Positions 28,780-39,214 of a stretch of 64,000 bases of DNA are shown here, piece after piece. The stretch covers positions 8,778 through 72,777 of the forward strand of contig JAPLEB010000122.1 of the NCBI GenBank assembly GCA_026391555.1. Direction: 5' to 3'. Position 1 is the first letter of the stretch, and the number at the start of each line of letters is the position of its first letter. Both the position numbers and the translations under genes were made by a program. The stretch comes from Bacteroidia bacterium (GTDB lineage Bacteria; Bacteroidota; Bacteroidia; Bacteroidales; VadinHA17). The notes under the pieces are model-generated. The model had not been told where the DNA came from. It was given only the letters and a program-made list of their open reading frames with translations, and made no database searches.

Positions 28780-30681
28780 ATGAAGAAATTATTAGGAATC
28801 TCAACCTGCTTAATCATTTTTGCATTTCTGCAGGGATGTTCTGATTTGAAAAGGAATTTGGTAAATGTCAAGTTAATCACATCCCAAAATAGCACTGAAC
28901 CGAAAGTTATTATTGAAGAAGGGAAAAATGGACAAAATTACATTCGTATTTTACTCACGAACAAAGGACAGAAAACAGATTATATTGATTCGATTGAAAT
29001 TGTAATAAAGCAAAACTCTGTAGTAGATGATACAAAATTACTGTTTGGAGGAACTTGCATGGGACGTACCCCTTTGAAGCAATCCAATGCTTCAGATACT
29101 CTAAGCAATAGCGATACTTTTCTAATGATCAGGCATAATGAAAATAGTTTCTCTCAAATTGGTGTACTTACCTGGAATACTTTTCTGCCTTACATTCATT
29201 ACAATATAAGAAAAGGTATTGTAATTACGGCCAATGGAGAAAGCAAACCAATCAATCCGGGAGAAACAATTGAATTTGAGAAATTAGTATTATCCGAAAG
29301 CGATTCCTGGCAAGATTTAATGTTTAATTATGGAAAAGAGATTGCTAAAGAACACAAGATTGAACCCAAAAAGCCGATATACTTTAAAGGATGGTCAAGT
29401 TGGGACTATTACGGAAGAGTTTATAACACAAAAGATATAATAGAAAATATTGATCAGTTGATAACTGATGGATTTGATGCTAATATCATCCAGATAGATG
29501 GCGGATGGTGGACAGCACGCGGCGATTATTTAAGTGTTCGAAAAAACCTCCAGGGTGGAATGAAAGCAATTGCCGATTATGCAAAATTAAAGGGCTACAG
29601 AGCCGGCATTCACCTTGATGGATTCAGAGGTGATAAAAATTCTGATTTATACAGAGCTCACCCCGATTGGTTTTTGAAAGATCAGGATGGGGAAGTTATT
29701 TGTCAGACTATAGATAAAGGGGATGCTTTTATGCAATACATTTATTTTGATTATTCAAATCCGGATGTATGTGAATATATGAAAAATGTTTTGAAAACAA
29801 TACGCAAAGATTGGGGTTACAGCTATTTCAAAATTGATTTCATGCGCTATGGTTTGCTCGAAAGTATTTTGGCAGAACACGGTAACAATTATGGATTAGG
29901 CAAAAAACCAGTTACAAAAGTGATTTCATTTAATAATAGTATGACCAGTATTGAAAGAACAAGAGCTGGTTTAAAAGCAATGCGGGAAGGCATGGGAGAT
30001 GCTTTCTTTTTAGGTTGTTCGGCGATTTTTGGACCTACTTTCGGTATTGTTGATGGACTTAGAACAGGAGCTGATATTTGTTCAACTTTCGATTATTACG
30101 AAGCATGTTCTTTACAAAATGCAGGTAATTTCTATCTGAATCAAAATGTAGTACAAAACGATGCCGACTATTTGGTAGTGCGAAATAAAGATGACGAGGA
30201 ATCAGAGCGAGCATGGGGCGAGAACAAATTTGGCGGAAACACAACTTTAAACGAAGCAAAGATGTGGAGCGACTATATTGCATTGTATGGCGGACCAAAA
30301 ATAAACAGTGATAATTTGCTGACATTAAGAGATGGAAGGAAGAAATTAATAGAGAATGCTTTTTCTATTAAAACTGCAACCCGATTTATACCTCTGGATT
30401 TATGGGATCATGCAAGAGATAAAAATGACGCCTTTAATATTATGCTTGCCGAAAACGAAGATGGTGTATATCTCTCTCTCTTTAATTGGGATAATAATGA
30501 CATACAATTTGTAATTGATGGATTTGCTAATGCTGAACTGACGGATATTTTAACTAAAGAGCGAATCAACTTAAATGATGGCATATTACGTATTAATTCT
30601 AAAACTCATACCTCAATAATTCTGAAAATTGAGGGTGAAAGTTTCGATTCTCTTAGAAAAACAATTCAGTGTAACACATAA
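28780..30681 (+). CDS. Clan GH-D (GH27/GH36-like, melibiase-fold) lipoprotein, atypical motif
   Basis: 633 aa with the lipobox LQGCSD. KGWSSWDYYG, IIQIDGGWW, GIHLDG and YFKIDFMRYG line up with the GH27/36 motifs GWNSW, (I/L)DD(C/G)W and the KxD nucleophile. Confidence 0.65.
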   Translation: MKKLLGISTCLIIFAFLQGCSDLKRNLVNVKLITSQNSTEPKVIIEEGKNGQNYIRILLTNKGQKTDYIDSIEIVIKQNSVVDDTKLLFGGTCMGRTPLKQSNASDTLSNSDTFLMIRHNENSFSQIGVLTWNTFLPYIHYNIRKGIVITANGESKPINPGETIEFEKLVLSESDSWQDLMFNYGKEIAKEHKIEPKKPIYFKGWSSWDYYGRVYNTKDIIENIDQLITDGFDANIIQIDGGWWTARGDYLSVRKNLQGGMKAIADYAKLKGYRAGIHLDGFRGDKNSDLYRAHPDWFLKDQDGEVICQTIDKGDAFMQYIYFDYSNPDVCEYMKNVLKTIRKDWGYSYFKIDFMRYGLLESILAEHGNNYGLGKKPVTKVISFNNSMTSIERTRAGLKAMREGMGDAFFLGCSAIFGPTFGIVDGLRTGADICSTFDYYEACSLQNAGNFYLNQNVVQNDADYLVVRNKDDEESERAWGENKFGGNTTLNEAKMWSDYIALYGGPKINSDNLLTLRDGRKKLIENAFSIKTATRFIPLDLWDHARDKNDAFNIMLAENEDGVYLSLFNWDNNDIQFVIDGFANAELTDILTKERINLNDGILRINSKTHTSIILKIEGESFDSLRKTIQCNT

Positions 30682-30822
30682 TAATGATAAATTTAACCTT
30701 AAACCCATTCAAATGAAACAAAAACAAAACTACATCAAGCCATTATAGCTTGCAATAAAATCAATAAATCATCTACTCTATGGACAGACTCTAATTAATT
30801 TTTAATCCTAAAATAATGAAAA

Positions 30823-33800
30823 ATGAATTTTAAATCTATTCAAAGTAAAAATGCTTTCTTATTATATAGAAAGTATTATTCTGTGGTACTGCTTATGCTA
30901 ATTTGCGGAATTCCGACTCAACTGTTAGCAACCGATAAAGTTCAAAAACCGACAGAAGTCACACAACAAAAAAAAACCGTTAAAGGAATAGTATTGGATG
31001 AAAACAATGAAACTTTAATTGGGGTAACTGTTTTAGAAAAAGGAACGACAAATGGTATCATTACCGATGTAAATGGGAAATTCGAACTTAATGTTTCAAA
31101 TGCAAATGCTAAGCTTATATTTTCATACATAGGTTATGATACCAAAGAATTGATTGTTGAAAATACTGAATTGACAATTCAATTAATTCCCGCGATAAAA
31201 CAAATTGATGAAGTAGTCATTGTGGGTTACGCCAGTCAGAAAAAGCAAAGTGTGGTAGGATCAATTGCACAAACAACCGGTGATGTATTAAAAACAAGAG
31301 GTGGAGTAACCGACATGTCGAATGCATTAAGTGGCGCTATTCCAGGTGTGATTATTCTGACTCCGGCCGGCAATCCCGGAGGTGGTGTCGGATCTGATCC
31401 GTTGATATTAATTCGTGGTATGAATACATGGAATGATGCATCACCACTAATATTAGTAGATGGTGTTGAACGTAAAATGAATGACATTGATATGAATGAA
31501 GTAGCATCAGTATCCGTACTAAAAGATGCTTCAGCTACTGCAGTTTTTGGAGTAAGAGGTGCCAATGGAGTTATATTGATTACAACAAAACAAGGAAATA
31601 CCGGTAAACCTAAAGTCAATATCGAACTTAATACAGCGTTTAAATCATATTCCAAAATTGAAAAGCAATTAGATTCATACGATGCCTTGTTAGCCAGAAA
31701 TTATGCTTTGGTAAATGAATTACCTTTACCAATGCCTCAAGCTAATTGGAATACTTATTATATACCTGACAGAATCTTAGGTTATTTTAAAGATCAATCT
31801 AATCCATTGGAATATCCTAATGTAGATTGGCGGGCATATATGATGCGTCCATATACAAAAACTGATAAATACGCCGTTAATATTTCGGGAGGTACAGACT
31901 TTGTGAAATATTTTACTTCTGTGTCATATACATCCGATGGCGATATATTAAATTCGGCTCCAAATCCTAAGGGTTACACTCCTGAATTTAATTATAAAAG
32001 ATATAACTTTCGTACAAATCTGGATTTTAACCTGACAAAAACAACTCAGTTTAAAGTTAATTTATCAGGATATTATGGAAAACAACAAGAACCGGGTATT
32101 GGTATTAGTGCAATTGCAGCAGGAATCTACAGACATTCACCTACTGCAATTCCTATATATCCCGATGGAATTTTTGGTTCCGATGAAGAAACATCCGACA
32201 AATATGGGACAAATGTATATTCATTAATGCAAACCACCGGGACAAAATCTACAGGTCGTACATCATTGACAAGTGATTTTGAAATTACCCAAAAATTGGA
32301 CTTTATCACTAAAGGGCTAACTGCTAAAGCAAAGTATTCGTATGATAACTATTTTGCTACAAAAGGAGTAGATATAGTAGATAATGAAGTTAGCACAACA
32401 AAGAGATATGATATTCCTTCAAATTCATGGGTAATAACTAAACCTACAATAGGATCAAATGGTTTTGATGTTTTCCCTACTCCATTAGGGTACAATGCTG
32501 AGACCACAGCTGCAGGTACACAGAGTCGAGTTTATTATGACGTATCTTTGAATTACAACCGTAAATTTGGTAAAAATAATATCGGTGCTTTAGCTTTATT
32601 TAGCAGACAAGAAGCAGTTACCGGAACAAACTGGCCGGTTAAACGTGAAGATTGGGTTGCTCGTGTAACGTACAACTATGATGAACGTTATTTAGCCGAA
32701 GTGAATGGAGCATATAATGGATCAGATCAATTTGGTCCGGGACATAAATTTTCACTTTTCCCATCGTTGGCTTTAGGATGGAGAATCTCGGAAGAAAAGT
32801 TCATAAAAGAAAATATTCCACAGATATCTAATTTAAAATTGAAATATTCTGTTGGTTTAGTTGGAAATGATAATTTGAGAAATATCCAATGGGGTTATTT
32901 AACGACCTGGGGTAATTTTTCCGGTAACTTTCAGAAATTTGGTTATCCAAATTTTGGTTATTCACCGTATTATTCCGACCCTTCAAAAACACCGAGTCCG
33001 GTTTATGTTGAAGGTACTCCAGGTAATCCTAATTTACAGTGGGAAATGGCAAGAAAGCAAAATATTGGAGCTGAACTTGGCTTGTTTGATGGATTATTTA
33101 CTGGTTCAGCAGACTTCTTTAACGAACATCGATGGAATGTCTTAATGGTAGGATCCACAATTACTGCTTATCCTGCTTATGTTGGTGCAGTGGCTTCTCC
33201 GTCAAATCTTGGTATAATTAATTCACGTGGTCTCGAACTGGAATTTAAATTAGAAAAGAAAATTAGAAAAGTAAATCTTTGGGCATCCTACAACTGGACT
33301 CAGGCAATAAATAATGTAGTTAGCAAAGCTGATCCTCAATTAGCACCTGCTTATCAAAAACAAGCTGGTTTTCCCATCAATCAGAATAATACATTATTAA
33401 CAGCAGGTATTATTCAAAGTTGGGACCAAATGTACACGGTTGCAGGTTACGATGGAGCTATTGGCCAAAACAAAAATGGAATTCCGGGTGATATTTATTT
33501 GGTTGATTTTAATTCAAATGGGGTAACTGATAAATATGATTCAGCTCCAAATGGTTATTCAAGTTATCCACAAAATACATATGGATTTTCATTGGGTGGT
33601 GATTATGCTGGATTTTCAATAATGGTTCAATTCTATGGAGCATATAATGTAACTTTGATGGAAGGGATGCTTTACGAGTTTATAAATAACTCACCTACAA
33701 TTAGTCAAATTATATTGGATAAAACATTCCAACCTGAATATCAAAATGCGAATCCGGACTATCCTTCTTTATCTATTAAAAGAACATCTTTAAAAGGGAA

Positions 33801-34053
33801 TAATGTGTTGGGGTATGGATCTAGCTTGAACTATGATGCTTCATACTTGCGGTTAAAAACCGCCGAACTTAGTTATACTGTACCAAAAAAGTTCTCTGAA
33901 AAGTTTTCTATAGATAATATGCGGTTTTATGTGAATGGAAATAATTTACTTTTCTGGAGTAAACTGGCTGTAGATATTGAAGGTGTAGATCCGAATACCG
34001 GGGCTTACCCGAATTCAAAGAATATTAACCTGGGTTTACGTGTTACTTTTTAA
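30823..34053 (+). CDS. SusC/RagA-family TonB-dependent outer-membrane transporter (pair 1)
   Basis: 1076 aa with a carboxypeptidase-regulatory-like N-domain (VKGIVLDENNETLIGVTVLEKGTTNGIITDVNGKFEL) and plug motif VSVLKDASATAVFGVRGANGVILITTKQG. It ends in ...GLRVTF. Confidence 0.9.
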   Translation: MNFKSIQSKNAFLLYRKYYSVVLLMLICGIPTQLLATDKVQKPTEVTQQKKTVKGIVLDENNETLIGVTVLEKGTTNGIITDVNGKFELNVSNANAKLIFSYIGYDTKELIVENTELTIQLIPAIKQIDEVVIVGYASQKKQSVVGSIAQTTGDVLKTRGGVTDMSNALSGAIPGVIILTPAGNPGGGVGSDPLILIRGMNTWNDASPLILVDGVERKMNDIDMNEVASVSVLKDASATAVFGVRGANGVILITTKQGNTGKPKVNIELNTAFKSYSKIEKQLDSYDALLARNYALVNELPLPMPQANWNTYYIPDRILGYFKDQSNPLEYPNVDWRAYMMRPYTKTDKYAVNISGGTDFVKYFTSVSYTSDGDILNSAPNPKGYTPEFNYKRYNFRTNLDFNLTKTTQFKVNLSGYYGKQQEPGIGISAIAAGIYRHSPTAIPIYPDGIFGSDEETSDKYGTNVYSLMQTTGTKSTGRTSLTSDFEITQKLDFITKGLTAKAKYSYDNYFATKGVDIVDNEVSTTKRYDIPSNSWVITKPTIGSNGFDVFPTPLGYNAETTAAGTQSRVYYDVSLNYNRKFGKNNIGALALFSRQEAVTGTNWPVKREDWVARVTYNYDERYLAEVNGAYNGSDQFGPGHKFSLFPSLALGWRISEEKFIKENIPQISNLKLKYSVGLVGNDNLRNIQWGYLTTWGNFSGNFQKFGYPNFGYSPYYSDPSKTPSPVYVEGTPGNPNLQWEMARKQNIGAELGLFDGLFTGSADFFNEHRWNVLMVGSTITAYPAYVGAVASPSNLGIINSRGLELEFKLEKKIRKVNLWASYNWTQAINNVVSKADPQLAPAYQKQAGFPINQNNTLLTAGIIQSWDQMYTVAGYDGAIGQNKNGIPGDIYLVDFNSNGVTDKYDSAPNGYSSYPQNTYGFSLGGDYAGFSIMVQFYGAYNVTLMEGMLYEFINNSPTISQIILDKTFQPEYQNANPDYPSLSIKRTSLKGNNVLGYGSSLNYDASYLRLKTAELSYTVPKKFSEKFSIDNMRFYVNGNNLLFWSKLAVDIEGVDPNTGAYPNSKNINLGLRVTF

Positions 34054-34064
34054 ATTTATTTACA

Positions 34065-35942
34065 ATGAATAATTATAAATATTATATTCTACCTGTAATA
34101 GCAACAATCATGCTTTCGGCATGTACTGACTATTTAACGCCGCCACCAGAATCAGCGAAATCTGAGGCAGATATTTTTGGAAACTACAGTTCTTTCCAGG
34201 CATATACGGATCAAATTTATCTTTATGTTACAGACCCAATGGATATGGCAGTTTCAGATGCCTGCTTTGGAGGTGAAGCAATCGGTTCGTTGGCTTCTAC
34301 TACAGGTAACAGGGCAATAATTGGTGATTATTATGGATTTGAAGCCCGTGGATTTTTTGGTGACGGAAGTAAAAATGTTGGACACGGAATTTGGTATTTT
34401 AGTTGGCCTGGAATAAGAATAGCAAATATTGGATTAAAAAATATTGATTACTTACTAAAATCATCTGCAACAGAAGAACAGAAATCCCTTATAAAAGGTC
34501 AACTCTATTTCTTTAGGGCTTACTTTCATTTTGAGCTTTTATCAGCCTGGGGTTCTATTCCTTATATAAATACTGTAATGGGTGGTGGAGAGTTGGATAA
34601 ACCACGATTTTATGAATATAAAGGCAAGCATAATTATCAGGCATGTACCGAATACATTGTTCAGGATCTTGATTCGGCTGCCAGATATTTACCAGCATCG
34701 TGGCCAAGTGATTTGACCGACAGAGGACATGCCACTAAGTTTGCTGCCTTAGGATATAAAGCAAGAGCTTTACTTTATGCCGGTTCACCATTGATGAATG
34801 AAGCATCGGGCAATGCAGCAGTTGTTGATGAGGATTATATGAAAAGAGCAGCTGATGCAGCCTGGGAGTTAATAATACTTAGCAGAACTACCTACCTGGC
34901 AGATGGAACTAAAGCTTGTGATCTGATGCCCATGAGTCAATATGAACAAATGTTTGCGACAACTGATGGGACGCATCCATGGAAACAAGAAAATATTTGG
35001 GGCAAATACAGATTTGCTAAAGGTAAGGGTAATTTTACCGGTGGACCCGGTAAAATTCATGTACCGGATCCTACCATATTTGGTGGTGGACAATTACAAA
35101 CTATAACGCAAAATTATACAGATATATTCGAAATGGCTGATGGCACTTTGTATAAACCGGAATATGACAGTATTAATAGTTTGAGATGGAATTTTAGAGA
35201 CCCCCGCTTCAGGCAGAGTATTTACGTGGATCGTGATAATGCAGGATTGGATCCTACTAAAACTATATTGGCTTTATATTCATCAGGTGGACCGTTAGCA
35301 GGAGGAGTAGGTCAAACCAAGAGTCAAAGCAGTTGCTTCACTCCTTATATAATTCATAAATTTTGGCCGAAAGGTGTGAACGTATATGATGGATCAAGAA
35401 CTGGTTCAACTTTGTATAATAATTTTCAGTATATGGTTCCATTGATGCGTTTAGCCGAAATTTATTTGATTTATGCCGAATCTGTCAATGAAGGTTATGG
35501 TAGCCCTACGGCTACAGCCCCTGGCGCAGATTTGACAGCCGTAGATGCAGTAAATGTCATCAGGCAACGTGCTTACCAAGGCGCAAAATTTAATGGTAAC
35601 CCTATTCCATGTCCTCTTGCCACAGCCACAGCCACAGCTTATCAACCGGCTGCTGCTACAGGAGGTCCGGGAGCTTTTACCCGTCTGGTACTAAACGAAA
35701 ATGCTGTTGAAACCACCTTTGAAGGAAGATATTGGTATGATTTACGCAGGTGGAAACTTGGAGATAAATTCAATCAAACTCCTGTATATGATTTACGCTT
35801 TGATAAAAACTGGACTCCCACTTCGTTTCAACGAGTTAAAATAGCAACAAGAATCTTCGAAGCACCAAAACATTATTGGATGCCTTTCCCTTTAGCGCAA
35901 ACACAAATGTATGTTGATTTTCCTCAAAACACTGGTTGGTAA
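34065..35942 (+). CDS. SusD/RagB-family lipoprotein (pair 1)
   Basis: 625 aa with the lipobox MLSAC and a C-terminal FEGRYWYDLRRWKLG motif. It immediately follows SusC. Confidence 0.9.
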   Translation: MNNYKYYILPVIATIMLSACTDYLTPPPESAKSEADIFGNYSSFQAYTDQIYLYVTDPMDMAVSDACFGGEAIGSLASTTGNRAIIGDYYGFEARGFFGDGSKNVGHGIWYFSWPGIRIANIGLKNIDYLLKSSATEEQKSLIKGQLYFFRAYFHFELLSAWGSIPYINTVMGGGELDKPRFYEYKGKHNYQACTEYIVQDLDSAARYLPASWPSDLTDRGHATKFAALGYKARALLYAGSPLMNEASGNAAVVDEDYMKRAADAAWELIILSRTTYLADGTKACDLMPMSQYEQMFATTDGTHPWKQENIWGKYRFAKGKGNFTGGPGKIHVPDPTIFGGGQLQTITQNYTDIFEMADGTLYKPEYDSINSLRWNFRDPRFRQSIYVDRDNAGLDPTKTILALYSSGGPLAGGVGQTKSQSSCFTPYIIHKFWPKGVNVYDGSRTGSTLYNNFQYMVPLMRLAEIYLIYAESVNEGYGSPTATAPGADLTAVDAVNVIRQRAYQGAKFNGNPIPCPLATATATAYQPAAATGGPGAFTRLVLNENAVETTFEGRYWYDLRRWKLGDKFNQTPVYDLRFDKNWTPTSFQRVKIATRIFEAPKHYWMPFPLAQTQMYVDFPQNTGW

Positions 35943-35967
35943 CTAATTACTTAAAAAAGAAAGAACA

Positions 35968-38900
35968 ATGAAAAAACATATAAATAGATTATCTATATTA
36001 CTATGCCTTTTTTTGGTATTGCCAATTTCGGCTCAGAAAAGAGAGAAAAAAGGTAACGTAAATCAGACTCAATCATCCGAATTAGATGTTACAACACAAC
36101 AATCATCAAAAAAAGTAGTAAAACATGCAATAACAGGTCAGGTTATTGATGAGAAAGGTAATCCCATTTCAGGTGTGATAATTACTGCCAATGAGGACTC
36201 AGATCAGTCAACCACCGATGGCGAAGGCAAGTTTAGTATTGAAATAAAACAAGGCTCAACCTTCTTGTTTGAATTGAGTGGTTATCAGAAAGTTTCAATG
36301 AACGAAACACAATTGACATCCAAATTGAACAGAGTTGTTTTATTAACTGAAGTGATATCCAATATTGACGGAAAAGTAGAATTGCCATATCAAACTCTTA
36401 GTCACTATAAAACTACGGGGTTAGTTTCAGTCATCGATCCTGCTAATGAATTGGATCGTGATTCACGTTATAGCTTATCAACTGCTATCAATGGAAAAGT
36501 TCCCGGTTTGTTGGGAGCGAAGAATATTCATGGTATGGGTACGGCAGTTGTCATAGTTGATGGTGTAAAGCGTGATGAATCTTATCTTAACTTGCAGGAG
36601 ATAGAATCAATCACTGTATTAAAAGATGCTGTCTCTCGCATGCTTTATGGCGCAGATGGCGATCAGGGGGTTATTTTAGTTAAGACAAAAAGCGGGGAAT
36701 CAAACAAAAAAATTGTGAATGTGAATGTAGAACAAGGCATACAGCAAGCGTTACAATATCCAAAATTTTTAAATGCGGCTCAGTATATGGCGGCTTATAA
36801 CAAAGCTCAACAGAATGATGCCTCTTTTGCCGGCAGCCCATTAGTCTTACCTAAGTATTCTCAGTCAATGATTGATAATACACTGAATAATGTTGATCCT
36901 GTTTTGTATCCTGACAATGATTATTACAGTAGTGAGTATGTAAAAAACTTAACTAATTACACCAATGTTTTTGGTGAATTATCAGGAGGAAATTCAAATA
37001 CTCAATATTACTTAAATGTGAGCTGGAAACACAGTGATGGTTGGACAAAAGTTGGGAATAATGATTCTCAGGACATAATGAATATTCATGGGAAAGTAGG
37101 TTTTAAAGTGACTAACTGGCTGAAAATGAATTCCGAAGTAGTGGGAATTTTTGATATCACAAATTTGCCGAATGTAAATACTTACAATGCCGATGGATCA
37201 GTAAATCTCGATTACTGGGACAAAGCTTCAACTTATTTACCTAATACACAATCATTATTAATCCCGGTATCCCGCATATCGAATCCGGCTATTATTCCTT
37301 CCTCGAGTTTAATAGATGGACAGTATATTTTAGGAGGTAGCGGCGTTTATCAAACAAGTTTATTGGGAGATATGACCCGATCAGGAAGCAACATGATAAT
37401 GAATCGCTACATGCAATTTAATACCGGTTTTGATTTGAGTTTGGATGGAATCACGAAGGGGTTAACAGGAAAAGGTTTGTTGAGTTTGAATTTCAATAAT
37501 ACGTATCAGAAAACCATTCTTAATACATATTCGGTATATCAAATGGGAGTGGTTGATTCTGTTGGAAATTTTCCCGTAACTCAAATTGGTGTTGACAACA
37601 AAACATCGGAACAAACTAACACACAAACGTATTTCGACCGGACTATATCAGCTTATATGTCGTTGAATTATGATCGTACATTTGGAAAACATGCCATATC
37701 TGCTGTTTTGGTAGGAACATTTAATCAATATACGCAAGCGGCTCTATTCCAAGAGAACAAAAATGTGAAAGTTGGGTTACAAGCTAATTATTCATTCAAT
37801 GATCGTTATATGCTGGATGCAGGTTTGTTGTGTCAGGGAAGTTCAAAATTGCCAACCAATAATAAATTTGGTTTGGCTCCTTCAGTAGGTTTGGGATGGA
37901 TAGTTTCGAAAGAAAACTTCATGAAAAACATGAAGGCTATAGATTATTTGAAATTACGTGCATCTTATGGTGTAATTCAAAATGACAGCTGGACCATAGG
38001 TAATTACAATGGTTACTTATTATACGAGACAAACTACAGTACTTCCAGTAGTTTCACATACGGAAATGGTGCAGCAAGTAATACGCAGGTATTAATAAAC
38101 TCTTTTGCAAGTAATATCACCTGGCAAACCAGAAAAGAATTTGTTGCGGGCTTTGATGCCTCTTTGTTTAATAAAAAGACTTGGTTAGAAGCCTCGTATT
38201 TCAACAGTGAAAATGGCAATATTATAACACAAATGGATAACAATTCTCCAGCCACTTTGGGAGGTGTTCCGATATTTGAGAATTATAATACGACTGTTTA
38301 TCAGGGCGTTGAATTAGGAATTAAACATTCAGAAAAAGCAGGGGCATTTTCATTAACTATTGGTGCAAACTACATGTATTCAGCTTCCAATATCACAAAG
38401 ATTGATGAGCCGGTTTATAATTTACCAACCAATATAAATCTGGAACAAGTTGGAACAAGCAGTAATGCATTTTGGGGGTTAACATCAGCAGGAATGTACA
38501 TGTCTTCCGATTTTGATAGCAATGGTCAACTTTTAACAACACTGCCAACTCCAACTTATGGTACAGTCAGACCTGGAGATATAAAATATGTGGACTATAA
38601 TCAAGATGGAAAGATAACTGCAAACGACAGGCATGTTTTAGGTTTAAGTAGCAATAATCAACAGTATAGTTTTGATTTGGATTTAAAATACGGCAACTGG
38701 CAACTTTATGTATTAGCCATTGGACAAATGGGAGGTAAAGGTTTTACCAATTCAAATTATTACTGGTTTAAAGGAACTTCTGCTAAGTATTCTACAGTTG
38801 CATTAGGAGCTTTCGACCCTTTAAATCCCGATCCAAATGCTGCCTATCCCCGTTTGAGTTTGAGTAATGGAACAAATAATTACATTAACTCAACATTTTG

Positions 38901-39111
38901 GGAATACGATAAAAGTAACTTCACACTTTCTGCTGTACAAATAGGTTATAACTTTAAGTTTAAACAACACTCACCTATCACCGGTTTGAAAATTTATGGC
39001 AGAGGTAGTAACTTGCTGACTTTTGCTAAAGATTTGGAAATTCAAAAATTGAATTATCAATCTAACCCTCAAAACAGAGTATTTTCTCTTGGACTAATTG
39101 CATCATTTTAA
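35968..39111 (+). CDS. SusC/RagA-family TonB-dependent transporter (pair 2)
   Basis: 1047 aa with ITGQVIDEKGNPISGVIITA, the plug motif ITVLKDAVSRMLYGADGDQGVILVKTKSG, and a C-terminal ...GLIASF. Confidence 0.9.
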   Translation: MKKHINRLSILLCLFLVLPISAQKREKKGNVNQTQSSELDVTTQQSSKKVVKHAITGQVIDEKGNPISGVIITANEDSDQSTTDGEGKFSIEIKQGSTFLFELSGYQKVSMNETQLTSKLNRVVLLTEVISNIDGKVELPYQTLSHYKTTGLVSVIDPANELDRDSRYSLSTAINGKVPGLLGAKNIHGMGTAVVIVDGVKRDESYLNLQEIESITVLKDAVSRMLYGADGDQGVILVKTKSGESNKKIVNVNVEQGIQQALQYPKFLNAAQYMAAYNKAQQNDASFAGSPLVLPKYSQSMIDNTLNNVDPVLYPDNDYYSSEYVKNLTNYTNVFGELSGGNSNTQYYLNVSWKHSDGWTKVGNNDSQDIMNIHGKVGFKVTNWLKMNSEVVGIFDITNLPNVNTYNADGSVNLDYWDKASTYLPNTQSLLIPVSRISNPAIIPSSSLIDGQYILGGSGVYQTSLLGDMTRSGSNMIMNRYMQFNTGFDLSLDGITKGLTGKGLLSLNFNNTYQKTILNTYSVYQMGVVDSVGNFPVTQIGVDNKTSEQTNTQTYFDRTISAYMSLNYDRTFGKHAISAVLVGTFNQYTQAALFQENKNVKVGLQANYSFNDRYMLDAGLLCQGSSKLPTNNKFGLAPSVGLGWIVSKENFMKNMKAIDYLKLRASYGVIQNDSWTIGNYNGYLLYETNYSTSSSFTYGNGAASNTQVLINSFASNITWQTRKEFVAGFDASLFNKKTWLEASYFNSENGNIITQMDNNSPATLGGVPIFENYNTTVYQGVELGIKHSEKAGAFSLTIGANYMYSASNITKIDEPVYNLPTNINLEQVGTSSNAFWGLTSAGMYMSSDFDSNGQLLTTLPTPTYGTVRPGDIKYVDYNQDGKITANDRHVLGLSSNNQQYSFDLDLKYGNWQLYVLAIGQMGGKGFTNSNYYWFKGTSAKYSTVALGAFDPLNPDPNAAYPRLSLSNGTNNYINSTFWEYDKSNFTLSAVQIGYNFKFKQHSPITGLKIYGRGSNLLTFAKDLEIQKLNYQSNPQNRVFSLGLIASF

Positions 39112-39214
39112 TAATAAAATTATGAACCGAGCATGTTTAACTAAAAACGCAAACTTGCATGAACAAAATCAACATGCGAGCTCCATCCAACCTATTAAAA
39201 ATAATTTTGTACGG

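Noticed and set aside
39098-39214. N-terminal extension of SusD2 from a TTG start (and similar extensions at 46324-46386, 51711-51893, 53473-53496)
   Set aside because: The extensions overlap upstream genes or lack signal peptides. Internal ATGs give canonical signal or lipoprotein sequences.
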